A DNA stretch of 38,775 nucleotides from Malacoraja senta (taxonomy: Eukaryota). The translations under genes and the position numbers were made by a program. The stretch covers positions 124,001 through 162,775 of the forward strand of contig JAXLNO010000855.1 in NCBI GenBank assembly GCA_038087875.1, read 5' to 3'. Of the stretch, positions 10,771-21,303 are shown piece after piece (position 1 is the stretch's first letter; the number at the start of each line of letters is the position of its first letter). The notes beneath the pieces were generated by a model. It was not told the origin of the DNA and ran no database searches. It worked only from the letters and a program-made list of their open reading frames with translations.

Positions 10771-10984
10771 TCTATGATTCTATAAAGTCTCCTTGACATT
10801 GTCCAGTTTCTTAATATAATAAAATATTCTTCAAATTTTGGAATATTGTAACTAGTAGAACCTATCGACATGATAGACAATAATAGATCTTTGAAGATGG
10901 GAAACAATCCAGTAGGATCATTCAATACCTCGACCATAATTGGTGGAGTAGGTATCAGAGCCCATCATGCCAACTCTTGAAGAA

Positions 10985-11293
10985 GGCTCAGTGGTGCAGC
11001 GGTAGACTTACTCGATTACAGCACCATAGACCCAGGTTGGATCCTGATTACGGATGCTGTCTGTACGGAGTTTGTCCATTCTCCCCATTACCGTGTGGGT
11101 TTTTCCCGAGATGTTCGGATTTTTCCCACATTCCAAAGACGTATAGGTTTGTAGGTTAATTGGCTTGGTCTAGAATGTAAATTGTCCCTAGTGTGTGTAG
11201 GATAGTGTTATTGTGTGGGGGTTGCTGGTCAGTGTGGACTCGCACGAAGGGCCTGTTTCCATGCTGTATCTCTAAGCTAAAAACTAAACTAAA
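10985..11293 (+). mobile_element. HE1-type V-SINE, full length
   Basis: GGTGCAGCGGTAGA..CCCAGGTTGGATCCTGA head, V-domain, AAGGGCCTGTTTCCATGCTGTATCTCTAAGCTAAAAACTAAACTAAA tail. Confidence 0.9.
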
Positions 11294-11483
11294 GGCTCCT
11301 GACCCAAATTGTCACCTGATCATTGATGCTGCCTGCCCCACTGAGTTCATCCAGCACTTGCATCTGCAGGTCCTTGTGACTCCCTTATTCAAAGTTATTG
11401 TATTGTTATCAGTTTTAGCATTAATAACTTAGTTATTTTCAGTGAATGATACAATCATACTTATTTTTGTTTATGCATTGCAG

Positions 11484-11744
11484 ATTTACACCATCTTGCA
11501 TTTTACTACCTGTTGAACCATGGATTGAATGAGCTGCCTGAGTACAGTATGGTAGCAATGCTGGATGACGTCCAGATAGCATATTTTGACAGCACACTAG
11601 AGCGGGCTGTTCCCAGACAGCGATGGATGGCCCAGTCTTTCCCGCAGGATCACTGGGATTCAATGGCCATCACAGTTGCAGGTTTTCATGGGATTGTCAG
11701 AGGAAATGCTGAGATAGTCTACCAACAGCAACATGGTATCTCGA
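11484..11744 (+). CDS. MHC class I-like alpha1 domain exon
   Basis: TTGCAG| acceptor, |GTAAGT donor, 261 nt, phase 1-1, open: (D)LHHLAFYYLLNHGLNELPEYSMVAMLDDVQIAYFDSTLERAVPRQRWMAQSFPQDHWDSMAITVAGFHGIVRGNAEIVYQQQHGIS; PE..V.MLDDVQI.YFDS and PRQ.WM are chondrichthyan class I alpha1 hallmarks. Confidence 0.95.
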
Positions 11745-11854
11745 GTAAGTGTCGTGAGCGGACCTGGGGTAGACACTCAGTGATGACACAGATGGATTTT
11801 GTTTTAGTTTTATTGTTGACACATGATTCTCTGATACACTTTTTTTGCGTTAGT

Positions 11855-12420
11855 CAATCACATCAAAGAAAACTATTCATAAATACAATCAAACCAAACT
11901 CGTACAATAGGTAGAGCAAAGAGTGCAGAATGTAGTTCTCAGCATTGTAATGTACCAGTGCCAGAGACAAAGTCCAGTGTCTACAATGGGGTTGAGGTGA
12001 ACCCTAGCATAAGGGAGGACTGTTCAGAAACCTGATAACATAGGGGAGGAAACAGTTACTGAGTCTGGTGGTGCACGCTTTAATGCTTACGTACCTTCTG
12101 CAGGAAGAAGGAGTGACCAGAACGGGACAAATCTTTGATTATGTTGTCTGCTTTCCTGAACCAGTTGAAATACAGATGGATTCACTGGTGGGGAATCATG
12201 TTTGTGTGATCGACTGTGCTACATCTCCACCTCTCTGCCATTTCCAGCGGTCTTGGGCAGAACTCTTTCCAAACTAAGTTGTGATGCAACCTGTCAGTAT
12301 GCTTTCTATGGCACATTTGTAGAAGTTTGTAAGAGTCATTGGAGATGCCGCATTTCCTTAGTCTCCTGAGGCAGTAGGGGAACCAGAAACTCTCAACCTT
12401 TTTCACTTCAGCACCATTGA
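11855..12420 (-). mobile_element. Rex1/Babar-type LINE 3' fragment
   Basis: Frameshifted YCLRRLRKCGIS..NFYKC.IESILTGCITTWFG-type C-terminal motifs on the minus strand (ORF 12182..12406 is part), with (ATTGT)-like tail. Confidence 0.7.
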
Positions 12421-12689
12421 TGCTGTTTCAGACATTTACTCCATCACATTTTGATAGAGACACGGCCCATCGTCTATATTTAATGTGTCCTAACTGCTGA
12501 ACACACAGTCATAACAGTTGGCTGGTGATAGTCTCTTTATGGGTTAAGCATTTGATATTCAACACCAGTAATAAGTGGATGGATTGGATCATCTGTTTTG
12601 TTGGGCTGGAATGAGGGAGAAACCATTAGTTTATTTATAGCTTGATCATCTAGAGATGGGATCTTGATTTAAGCTGGTTGATGGTGACT

Positions 12690-13080
12690 ATGAGGTATTC
12701 CCTCAGTAATAATATTGTGTTAATCCAGCATCCCCTCAATATTGGCAACAATCCTCAGAGGGTGTAGCAATCCCACACAGTGCAACAGCCTTGATGTACT
12801 TCCCATCTGCATTGCCTTAACCTTCAGACTGACCTGTTGGCTCTGTAGCATTGCCCATCTGACAATGCACTTCTTCCTCTGTTCTTTATGTACGACAGTG
12901 CAGAATCTGAGTTCCACCCTTCTGACACAGCAGAACTCCTTTAGTGTTACATCCGCAACAGTAAAGCTCCCCCCATAACACTTGAGGTTAGTCCATGCCC
13001 TCAGTATATAGACCATGGGTCATTGAGTCACACATCATGGAAACCGGCCCTTCTGCTCACTGAATCCACATTGATCATCC
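12690..13080 (-). mobile_element. Old CR1 3' fragment
   Basis: Degenerate FTVADVT.KEFCCVRRVEL and 3' UTR similarity to other CR1 copies in the window. Confidence 0.55.
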
Positions 13081-13487
13081 ATTGTGCTAAGATGGAGTCA
13101 CAGCAAACTGCAGATGCTGCCAATCTGAATTTAAAACAAACAGGAGGAACTCAACGAGTCAGGCAGCATGCTGTGGAAAAATGGACAGAAAACATATGAG
13201 ACCAGGACCATTTAGAGTGATGGGGTAGAGTGGAGAAAGCTGGAAAAGAAAAGTAGTCTGTGTAGGATAGTGTTAATATGCGGGGACCACTGGTCGGTGC
13301 GGACTCGGTGGGCCGAAGGGCCTGTTTCCGCGCTGTATCTCCGAGCTAAACCTGCTCCTGTGCTGTACAGCTCCATGTTGTGTTCTGTTATGCCTGTTTG
13401 TACCATGCTGAGAACTGATTTGTAAATTGCCTCTCCCTTCCATCCACTCTCCCCAACACAAATCCTCCACCCCTACCTCAGCCCCAG

Positions 13488-13763
13488 CTGTTTGCTTTGT
13501 GCAGGGTTTCTGCGGCTGTGAAGTGGACAGTGACAATTCCACTGATGGGTTTGTCAGACTGGGTTATGATGGGGAGGATGCCTGTGCTTTTGACAAGGAC
13601 AGAATGCGCTGGATTGCACTACGTCCAGATTTCCAGATGCTAGCAGATCGGTGGAACGTCAACACCTTCATGAACAAGTATTTTAAAGATCTCCTGGAGA
13701 AGGACTGTGTGAAGTGGCTGCGGATATATCTGGAGTGTGGACAAGAAGCACTACAGAGGAGAG
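13488..13763 (+). CDS. MHC class I-like alpha2 domain exon
   Basis: CCCCAG| acceptor (alternative in-frame AG 6 nt upstream), AG|GTACAC donor, 276 nt, phase 1-1, open: (T)VCFVQGFCGCEVDSDNSTDGFVRLGYDGEDACAFDKDRMRWIALRPDFQMLADRWNVNTFMNKYFKDLLEKDCVKWLRIYLECGQEALQRR; canonical GCE, GYDGED and C..WL..YL motifs. Confidence 0.95.
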
Positions 13764-13861
13764 GTACACGACGTAGGCACTCTGACTGATGGGCCAGAGG
13801 ATATCCTCTGGATAGATCAGGTGGGAAATATCATGCACTTCAGGCTGTCACTTGAGTAATT

Positions 13862-14152
13862 ATTTAGTTTAGTTTAGAGATACAGCGCGGAAACCCACCG
13901 AGACCGCACCGAGCAGCCATGCCCGCACACTAACACTATCCTACACACACTAGGGACAATTTGCATTTATACCAATCCAATTAACCTACAAATTTGTACG
14001 TCTTTCGAGTGTGAGGGGAAACCGAAGATCTCGGATAAAACCCACGCAGGTCACAGGGAGAACGTACAAACTCTGTAAAGACAAGCACCCGTAGTTAGTA
14101 ACAAACCCAGGTCTCTGGCGCTGTAAGGCAGTAGCTCCACCGCTTCGCCACC
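13862..14152 (-). mobile_element. HE1-type V-SINE
   Basis: (TTTAG)n tail then AGAGATACAGCGCGGAAAC..; head ..GGCGCTGTAAGGCAGTAGCTCCACCGCTTCGCCACC. Confidence 0.9.
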
Positions 14153-14709
14153 CTGTTCTACAACGTGGGTATCAGTAAATTGTCTGGCAACGTGCCTCTT
14201 AGATGGAACCAGTGGGTAGGAAGTGCAAGTGAAAGATAAATATTGTACCAGTGTCCTTTATCCACAGTCATATAGATATTCAGGAAATGGAGGAATATGT
14301 ATCTTGGTCTTATGTTTAGCACCGACCTTGTGGCCTGAAGGGTCTGTTGCTGAACTGATCAGAAACCCAATCAGATTCTCTATTTGCCTCTATTACTCCT
14401 TGGGATGGTGACATTCAATTTCCAACAGTTCTCTATTTGAAGAACTTCTTCTTCCCATTCCCTCTTGGAATATTTAGTGTTATTATTCAGCAGAGATTCA
14501 TGAACAGGTAGAAGCAATCATGTCTACAGTATCAATCCCAATGGTGAGTTATACTCCTCCATTGGGCCTGCATTCCCCTTTCATCTGTGCTGTCAGTTAA
14601 AGTCTGGAGCTAAGATAAGGAGCATGTCAGTGATATTAAAGCTAAATGTTTTGTTGTTTTGCCAGAAATGCAAAATGAAAAGAGAAAAGGCTGTAAACTT
14701 TGTGCAAGA

Positions 14710-14845
14710 TAGAACTGCAGATGATGGTTTACACTGAAGATAGAAGATGTTGGTGTAACTCAGTGGGTCAGATAGCATCTCTGGGCATTCCTTCTCTCCA
14801 GAATGCTGCCTGACCTGCTGAGTTATTCCAGCATTTTGGGTCTAG
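14710..14845. mobile_element. Foldback of Penelope 3' tails, ~125 nt upstream of the alpha3 acceptor
   Basis: TGGTGTAACTCAGTGGGTCAGATAGCATC pairs with GAATGCTGCCTGACCTGCTGAGTTATTCCA across a short loop. Confidence 0.8.
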
Positions 14846-14967
14846 GCTGAAAACTTAGTTCAGCCAGAGAAAAAACTCTGATTGGGAAAGTGGTGAGTTG
14901 CAGTGATCTTACAATTGAAGGCTTTTGTTCATGTCTTCACTGATTCTGACTCTTCTTACACTTGCAG

Positions 14968-15240
14968 AAACCCCTGAGGTGTTTATTGGGATTAAACGTG
15001 ATGGGTCGCAATCACTGAGACTCTCCTGCCTTGTCACAGGCTTCTAGCCACGGGCCATCGATGTAACGTGGCTGAGAGATGGTGAGGGGGTCCATGAGTC
15101 TGAATCCAGTGATCTGTTGCCCAATTAGGATGGGACTTACCAGCTGAAGAATAGAATTCAACTGAATAGAGAAGATGTGGCAAAATTCTCCTGTTACATC
15201 GAACATGCAACTCTGCTGCAGGGAGTCAATGTTCCACAGG
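14968..15240 (+). pseudogene. MHC class I-like alpha3 (Ig C1) exon with two in-frame TAG codons
   Basis: TTGCAG| and |GTAAGT intact, 273 nt, phase 1-1: (E)TPEVFIGIKRDGSQSLRLSCLVTGF*PRAIDVTWLRDGEGVHESESSDLLPN*DGTYQLKNRIQLNREDVAKFSCYIEHATLLQGVNVPQ; TAG at 15045-15047 (GFYP motif) and 15126-15128 (PNxDGTYQ); both Ig Cys and the core Trp retained; usual C-terminal Trp absent. Not in the ORF track because of the stops. Confidence 0.95.
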
Positions 15241-15334
15241 GTAAGTGGCAAGTCAATGAGGCTGATCACTTGAGACCATAAACCTCCTGGACTGAGATAA
15301 CAGTCTCAACTCACACTCTTAACTAAGCTGTGGA

Positions 15335-15628
15335 TTTAGACTTTAGGCTTTAGAGATATGCTGCAGATACAGGCCCCTCAGCTCACTGAGACCTCGCTGA
15401 ATAGTGATCAACCCATACATTTACACTAACCTACACAGTACGGACAATTTACAATTTTACCTAAGCCAAGTAACCTACAAACCTGTATGTCTTTGTAGTG
15501 TGGGAGGAAACCCACGCAGTCACAGGGAGAACATACAATGTCCTTGCAGACAGCACCTGTAGTCAGGATCAAACCCAGGTCTCTGGTGCAGTAAGGCAGC
15601 AGCTCTACCGCTACGCCACTGTGCCACC
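15335..15628 (-). mobile_element. HE1-type V-SINE
   Basis: Same head, V-domain and tail motifs as other copies, reverse orientation. Confidence 0.85.
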
Positions 15629-15686
15629 CATTATTAATTTGTGGTTATCTAATTGCTCATAATTATTGATAGTCAATGGAATGTGG

Positions 15687-15972
15687 TTTTAGTTTAAGAG
15701 ATACAGCGCAGAAACCGGCCCTTCAGCCCACCGAGTCTGCGTCAACCAGCGATCCCTGCACACTTACATTATCTTACTTATTAGGGGACAATTTACAATT
15801 ATACCAAGCCAATTAACCTACAAACCTGTATGTCTTTGGACTGAGTGAGGAAACCGGAGATCCAGGCAAAACCCACGCAAGTCCCGGGGAGAAGGTACAA
15901 AACTCTGTACAGACGGGACCCGTAGTCAGAATTGAACCGGGTCTCTGGCGCTGTAAGGCAGCAGTTCCACCG
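15687..15972 (-). mobile_element. HE1-type V-SINE
   Basis: TTTAGTTTAAGAGATACAGCGCAGAAACCGGCCCTTCAGCCCACCGAGTC..GGCGCTGTAAGGCAGCAGTTCCACCG. Confidence 0.9.
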
Positions 15973-15974
15973 AG

Positions 15975-16434
15975 TGGGCAAAGCAGAGCCAAATGGAATA
16001 CAGTGTAGCAAGTGTCTGGTTTTACATTTTGGCAGTCGGAATAAAGACATAGACTATTTTCTAAATGGGGAGAGAATTGAGAAATCTGAGCTCCAAAGTG
16101 GGAGTACTAGTGCAGGATTCCCAAATAGTTCATTTGCAGATTGAGTCAGTGGTAAGTAAGGCAAATGCAATGCCAGCATTCATTTCGGGGGGCGTAGAAT
16201 ATAAAAACAATGATATAATGCTGAGGATTTATCGGGCACTGGTGAAGACACATTTGGAATATTGTGAGCAGTTTTGGGCTCCATATTAGAAAGGATGTGC
16301 TGGCTTTGGAGAGGGTCGAGAGGTTGTATGTCCTGGGGATGATTGATTTAACGTATGAGGAGTGTTTGAAGTCTCTGTGCCTGTGCTCATGGGATTTAGA
16401 AGGATGAGGTGGGAATCTCATTGAAACCTACCAG
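15975..16434 (+). mobile_element. CR1 LINE fragment, 5' part; resumes at 19940-20295 after the hAT insertion
   Basis: KANAMPAFISGGVEYKNNDIMLRIYRALVKTHLEYCEQFWAPY, ending ..LIETYQ; continues after the duplicated CCTACCAG with ..EMRRNLFRHRVVNLWNSL. Confidence 0.9.
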
Positions 16435-17119
16435 CAGGGCCGGATTTAGATGAAGAGAGGCCCTAAGCTGTTCCACTTGTGAGCCCCCCCCCCCCCAATC
16501 CCCCACCCCCACGACCAGAGGAAGATGGTCCACCAGATTGACACCGATTTGCAGCCGAGCGTGGCCAATGAGATAAGGGGCTGGAAAGCTGGGCTTTATT
16601 TATTTATTTATTGCCACTGCTAGTGTCGAGTTATTGGCTTAAAACACTATTAGTCTGAAATGGAGGGCAAGGAAAATTACTGAAGTGTTGTTTAGAGACT
16701 ACAGTGCGTTGTGACAGCATATGTAAGAAAGGCCTATGACAGTGTCAAAAATATTATACACCTTGCAGGGCTCTCACTTAATTTTTTTTCTCTGTTGTCA
16801 GCCGGGCAACCTTGGTAGCTTTTTAAGTTGCCAAATGACAGTTTAGGTGGTTATTTAAGATGGCTTGCATGACACGTGCGATAATGTGCTCGGACGACCA
16901 GTCAGAATTATGCTTAATGAAGCATTCACATATTATTTCTGCTTCAAATAAAGCCACAAACTAAACATATTCACCAATCAGGACATGATATATACCACAA
17001 TGACATGCAGCACAATTATAATACTGTATCTTAACTCTTTTTACACGTTGCAATGAATGCAATTTCTATTATTTCTTTCCACTTCCAAAAAAAAATGTGG
17101 TTGGATTATTCAGCGTATG

Positions 17120-17735
17120 ATCAACCTCGGTGAGACCAAGTGCAGGCTTGGCGATTGCTTCGCACAACACCTCCACTCAGTTCGCAATAACCAACCTGAT
17201 CTCCCGGTGGCTCAGCACTTCAACTCCCCCTCCCATTCCGAATCTGACCTTTCTGTCCTGGGCCTCCTCCATGGCCAGAGTGAGGCCCACCGCATATTGG
17301 AGGGGCAGCACCTCATATTTGCTTGGGTAGTTTACACCCCAGCGCTATGCACATAGGCTTCTCTAATTTCAGGTAGTCCTTGCTTTCTCTCTCCTTCCCC
17401 TCCCATTCCCAGCTCTCCCACAGCCTACTGTCTCCGTCTCTTCCTTTATTTTTCATGTCATTCCCCCCCCCCCCGACATCAATCTGAAGAAGGGTCTCGA
17501 CCCGAAACATCGTCTATTCCTTCGCTCCACATGTGCTGCCTCACCCGCTGATTTTCTACAGCTTTTTTGTCTACCAATGGGATCCCACAACTGGCCACAT
17601 CTTCCCATCTCCTCCCCTGTTGGCTTTCCATAGAGACCGCTCCCTCCGTAACTCCCTGGTCAATTCATCCCTTCCCACCCAAACCACCCCCTCTCCTGGC
17701 ACTTTCCATTGCAACTGCAGGAAATGCTACACTTG
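17120..17735 (+). mobile_element. Penelope-like element fragments in partial tandem: GIY-YIG C-terminus and tail, then upstream linker
   Basis: LGETKCRLGDCFAQHLHSVRNNQPDLPVAQHFNSPSHSESDLSVLGLLHGQSEAHRILEGQHLIF; hammerhead-like core at 17484-17511; then DPTTGHIFPSPPLLAFHRDRSLRNSLVNSSLPTQTTPSPGTFHCNCRKC. Confidence 0.9.
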
Positions 17736-17777
17736 GCGTTTTAATTAAGTTCAAGACAATGGGGCTGTACATTGGCC

Positions 17778-17925
17778 ATAAGGTTGCTGCCTAAAAGTGC
17801 CAGAGACCTGGAATTGATCCTGAATATGGGTGTTGTCTGTTTGGAGTTTGCTCCTTTTCACTTTGATCGCATGGGTTTTCTTCGGGTGCTCTTGTTTCCT
17901 TCCACATTCCAAAGGTGTGCAGGAA
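17778..17925 (+). mobile_element. HE1-type V-SINE, 5' part
   Basis: GTTGCTGCCTAAAAGTGCCAGAGACCTGGAATTGATCCTGAATATGGGTGTTGTCTGTTTGGAGTTTG. Confidence 0.75.
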
Positions 17926-18099
17926 CCTATTTCAGAACCAACCCTAAACGTAATATTTCCCTTTTGTCCAGAGATTCTGTCTGACCTGTTGAGTTACTCC
18001 AGCTTTGTGTGTCTATCTTCAGTTTAAACCAGCATCTGCAGTTCCTTCCTACACACACGATACTATACGATAGAACTTTATTACTCCCAGGAGGGAAAT

Positions 18100-18165
18100 T
18101 GTGTGTGTGTGCGTGTGGGTATATATACTATGCACACACACACACACATATATATATATATACAA
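18100..18165. repeat. Compound (GT)n/(CA)n/(TA)n microsatellite
   Basis: Directly visible dinucleotide runs. Confidence 0.9.
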
Positions 18166-18730
18166 TACAATTACAATACAATTTTATTTGTCTTTTGGAC
18201 AAATTTGTCATTTGGACCCCGTTGAGGTCCAAACGAAATGTCGTTTCTGCAGCCATACATTACAAAACGAAGAAGACCCGAGACACAACACAATTTACAC
18301 ATACATCCATCACAGCGCTGTGATGGAAGGCAAAAAAACGTATCTCTCCACTGCACTCCCCCCCCCCCACCCCCCCGATGTCAGAGTCGAAGTCAAAGCC
18401 CCCGGCGGGCGATGGTGATTATCCCGCGGCCATTAAAGCCACGCCGGTTAATGCAGGGTCGCGCACCGCGTCTTGGTGTTAGAGCCCCGGCGCGCGCTCG
18501 CAAAGTCCGGCGGCCATTCCAAGCCGCGCGGGGCGGTGATGTAAAGCCCCCCTCCAGGTGCTCTTCAACCCCGCAACTCGGGCGGGAGAAGTCGCCGCTG
18601 CGGATGCCCCGAAAAGCGGTGTCCCACCAGGGGACCCACGGGCTTCCGGTGTTGCCGTCCGCCAGACCCGCGGTTGTAGCCTCCGAATCTCCGGGGGTCG
18701 GGTAGCAGCAGCGATTGTCTCCACCACAGC
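18165..18730 (-). mobile_element. GC-rich non-autonomous retroelement, same family as 27925-29420
   Basis: (CAATA)n tail at left; CCATCACAGCGCTGTGATGGAAGGCAAAAAA is the reverse complement of TTTTTTGCCTTCCATCACAG at ~29329-29348. Confidence 0.65.
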
Positions 18731-18769
18731 TATAAATATACACCGTTTTGTTTTCTCGTTTATAACATT

Positions 18770-19300
18770 GTTTACAGAGTACTATGTTTACATATTCTGT
18801 TGTGCTGCTGCAAGTAAGGATTTCATTGTTCTAACTGGGACGTGAGAGAATAAACTCTTGACTCTTGACTTACTTCGCTAATGTGTGGGAAAGAACTAGT
18901 GTACGGGTGATCAATAGTCGGCGTGGACTCGGAGGGCTGAAGGGCCTGTTTCCACGCTGTATCTTCAAATTAAGCTAAAGACACTAAAACCAGAGGGAGT
19001 CTAAAGAAGTGTTTCTACCCGAAACGTCACCCAATTTCTTCTATCCTGAGTTGCTGGCTGCTCCATGGAGTTCCCCCGCACAATTAAAGCATGGAATAGT
19101 CTTCACCCTACCATAGTTACCCAACCAGACGCAACTAAATTTAAGGTACCTCTTTTTTCCCCTTGAACCCTTTTTTGCTTAAGTCCAAGTCAAGAGTCAA
19201 GAGAGTTTTATTGTCATGTGTCCCAGATAGGACAATGAAATTCTTGCTTGCTGCAGCACAACATAATATGTGAACATAATACAGAACAGGAGATAAAAGT
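18770..19300. mobile_element. Two inverted copies of one retroelement 3' end (~18770-18872 plus, ~19185-19300 minus) enclosing HE1 and Penelope scraps
   Basis: TGTTGTGCTGCTGCAAGTAAGGATTTCATTGT..AATAAACTCTTGACTCTTGACTT versus AAGTCAAGAGTCAAGAGAGTTTTATTGTC..ACAATGAAATTCTTGCTTGCTGCAGCACAACA. Confidence 0.75.
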
Positions 19301-20599
19301 TCAGTGTGTTTATATACCATAGACCATATATATACACAATAAATAAATAGATAAAATGCAATAGGCTGTTATTGTTCAGCCCTCTACCACCTCCAGTTTA
19401 AATTCCTTTTAGAATATTTATGGAGGATCAGGAAACCAGAAGCGAGAGTTACTCCAGGGAGATACTCCTGATCCAGGGTCAGGGAGTGATTCTGTGTTAG
19501 TTTTCAGCGGTTGCGGCGAGGCAGCAATGGCGGCCAAATCTCCCACAATTCAAAGCGAGGGAGAAAGTGCCCAGCGCCGACCAGTTGCCGTAGGGCGGCC
19601 GATGACGTGCGGGCTGTGGTTGTGCGCATGTGCAGGGGAGGACGTGCTGGCCGTAGCAGTGTGCATGTGCAAGGCGGCCGGCCGTGCCGGCGGATGAGGA
19701 GCGAGCGGAGAACGGAGACCCGGACACGGAGAGTGACAGACGGAGATAGAGATAGAGAGGGGGGCCGCCCCGCCCAGAGTTGAACGGCTGGTGTCCTGCC
19801 TTGGCCGGAGGCCCCCTATATTTCAGGGCCCCAGGCTTCAGCCTATGAAGCCTAGTGGTAAATCCGGCTCTGCGAGCCCCTCCTAGATCTCCAGGCCCTA
19901 AACTGAAGCTTGTCCATCTTATATGTAAATCCGGCCCTGCCTACCAGATAATGAAATGCCTGGTTAGTTGATGGGAAAGGAAGTTTTCAGTAATGGGAGA
20001 GTCTAGCACAGCCTCACAATAAAAATACCTACCTTCAATATGGAGATGAGGAGGAATCTCTTTCGTCACAGGGTGGTGAATCTGTGGAATTCATTGATAC
20101 AAACAGCTGTGTGGGTCAAGTCATTGCATATTTTTCAAGCAGAGATTGATAGGTTCTTGATGAGTACGGGTGACAAAGGTTACAGGGAGAAGGCTAGAGA
20201 ATGGGATTTAGCGGTAAAAAATAGATCTGCTATGACTGAATGGTGGAGTAGACTCAATGGACTTGAAAGGCATAATTCCGCTCCAATATCTTATGGTCAA
20301 AATTATTCTTATGTCACCCTTAACTCACCCATCCAAATGTAGGAACAGTGGAAGCAAGATAGGCTGATCCTGGACAAGGTCTCTTATCTTCTTCCTTGGG
20401 CATCTAGCTAATTTTCTGATAGTAGCTAGTTACACAAAAGACCAATAGTGGTGCCATATTATCAGGCTGAAGTAGCAGCACCTGTTCTGTAGCTGACTTA
20501 TTTGTTCCAGACAAGACCTCTGCAAAGATCTTCACACCAGGGCCAAGCTGACATGGTTAAGATTGCTGGTCAGTACAAATAGACAGTAGTGTTAATGTC

Positions 20600-20690
20600 T
20601 GTGTGTGCCTATGTGTGTGTGTGTGTGTGGGCTCATGTGTGTGAGACAGTGAGGGGGAGAGAGAGAGAAAGAGAGAGCATGTGTATGTGA
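20600..20690. repeat. (GT)n/(GA)n microsatellite
   Basis: Directly visible. Confidence 0.85.
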
Positions 20691-21303
20691 GAAAATTAAA
20701 CTCAGATATCATTGAAATATCAGCAAAGATTAAAACCTTTGAAGTTTTATCAACTATAAATGGGTTCACTTTTATTTGCTATAATAACAATCAACATAAG
20801 AAAATGGCCTTGTTGACCTCTACACTGTAAATAGTCATATATTTCTGACGTACTTGATTCTTTAAATTCTTAATTAAATGCTGCAGATAAAATCTCAATA
20901 CCTCAATGCTAATATGAACTTAATGATTTTTCATTGATCATTTTAAGCACATCCATCCTCTGTATAAATACTTAAATCTAAAACGTTATTACTTTTTAAT
21001 TAGATATGAACAGTGCTACTTTAATTTAGATAATAAAATCATTACAATGTTGTTATTGATCACTAAATGTTTAAAATGCACTATACAGTGGCTTGCAAAA
21101 GTTTTCATACCCCTTGAACTTTTCCACATTTTGTCACGTTACAACCACAAACGTAAATGTATTTTATTGGGATTTTATGTGATAGACCAACACAAAGTGG
21201 TGCATAATTGTGAAGTGGAAGGAAAATGATACATGGTTTTCAAATTTTGTTACAAATAAAAAACTGAAAAGTGTCGCGTGCAAAAGTATTCAGCCCCCCT
21301 GAG

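Larger units (their letters stand above)
16435..19939. mobile_element. 3505-bp non-autonomous hAT-superfamily DNA transposon with nested cargo
   Basis: 14-bp perfect TIRs CAGGGCCGGATTTA / TAAATCCGGCCCTG; 8-bp TSD CCTACCAG (16427-16434, 19940-19947); splits a CR1 fragment; no transposase ORF recognised. Tip100-like TIR start from memory. Confidence 0.92.

Noticed and set aside
15045-15128. Selenocysteine or programmed readthrough of the alpha3 stops
   Set aside because: Both are TAG, not TGA; two readthrough events would be needed; no SECIS-like evidence.
11484-15240. Assigning a gene symbol (UAA, UBA, UDA, UEA, UFA, CD1, PROCR)
   Set aside because: Anchor loss argues against UAA and UDA, but I cannot distinguish the remaining lineages without alignments and a phylogeny.
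16766-16800. CAGGGCTCTCACTTAA as the left end of a further nested hAT
   Set aside because: No matching right TIR or TSD found by eye.
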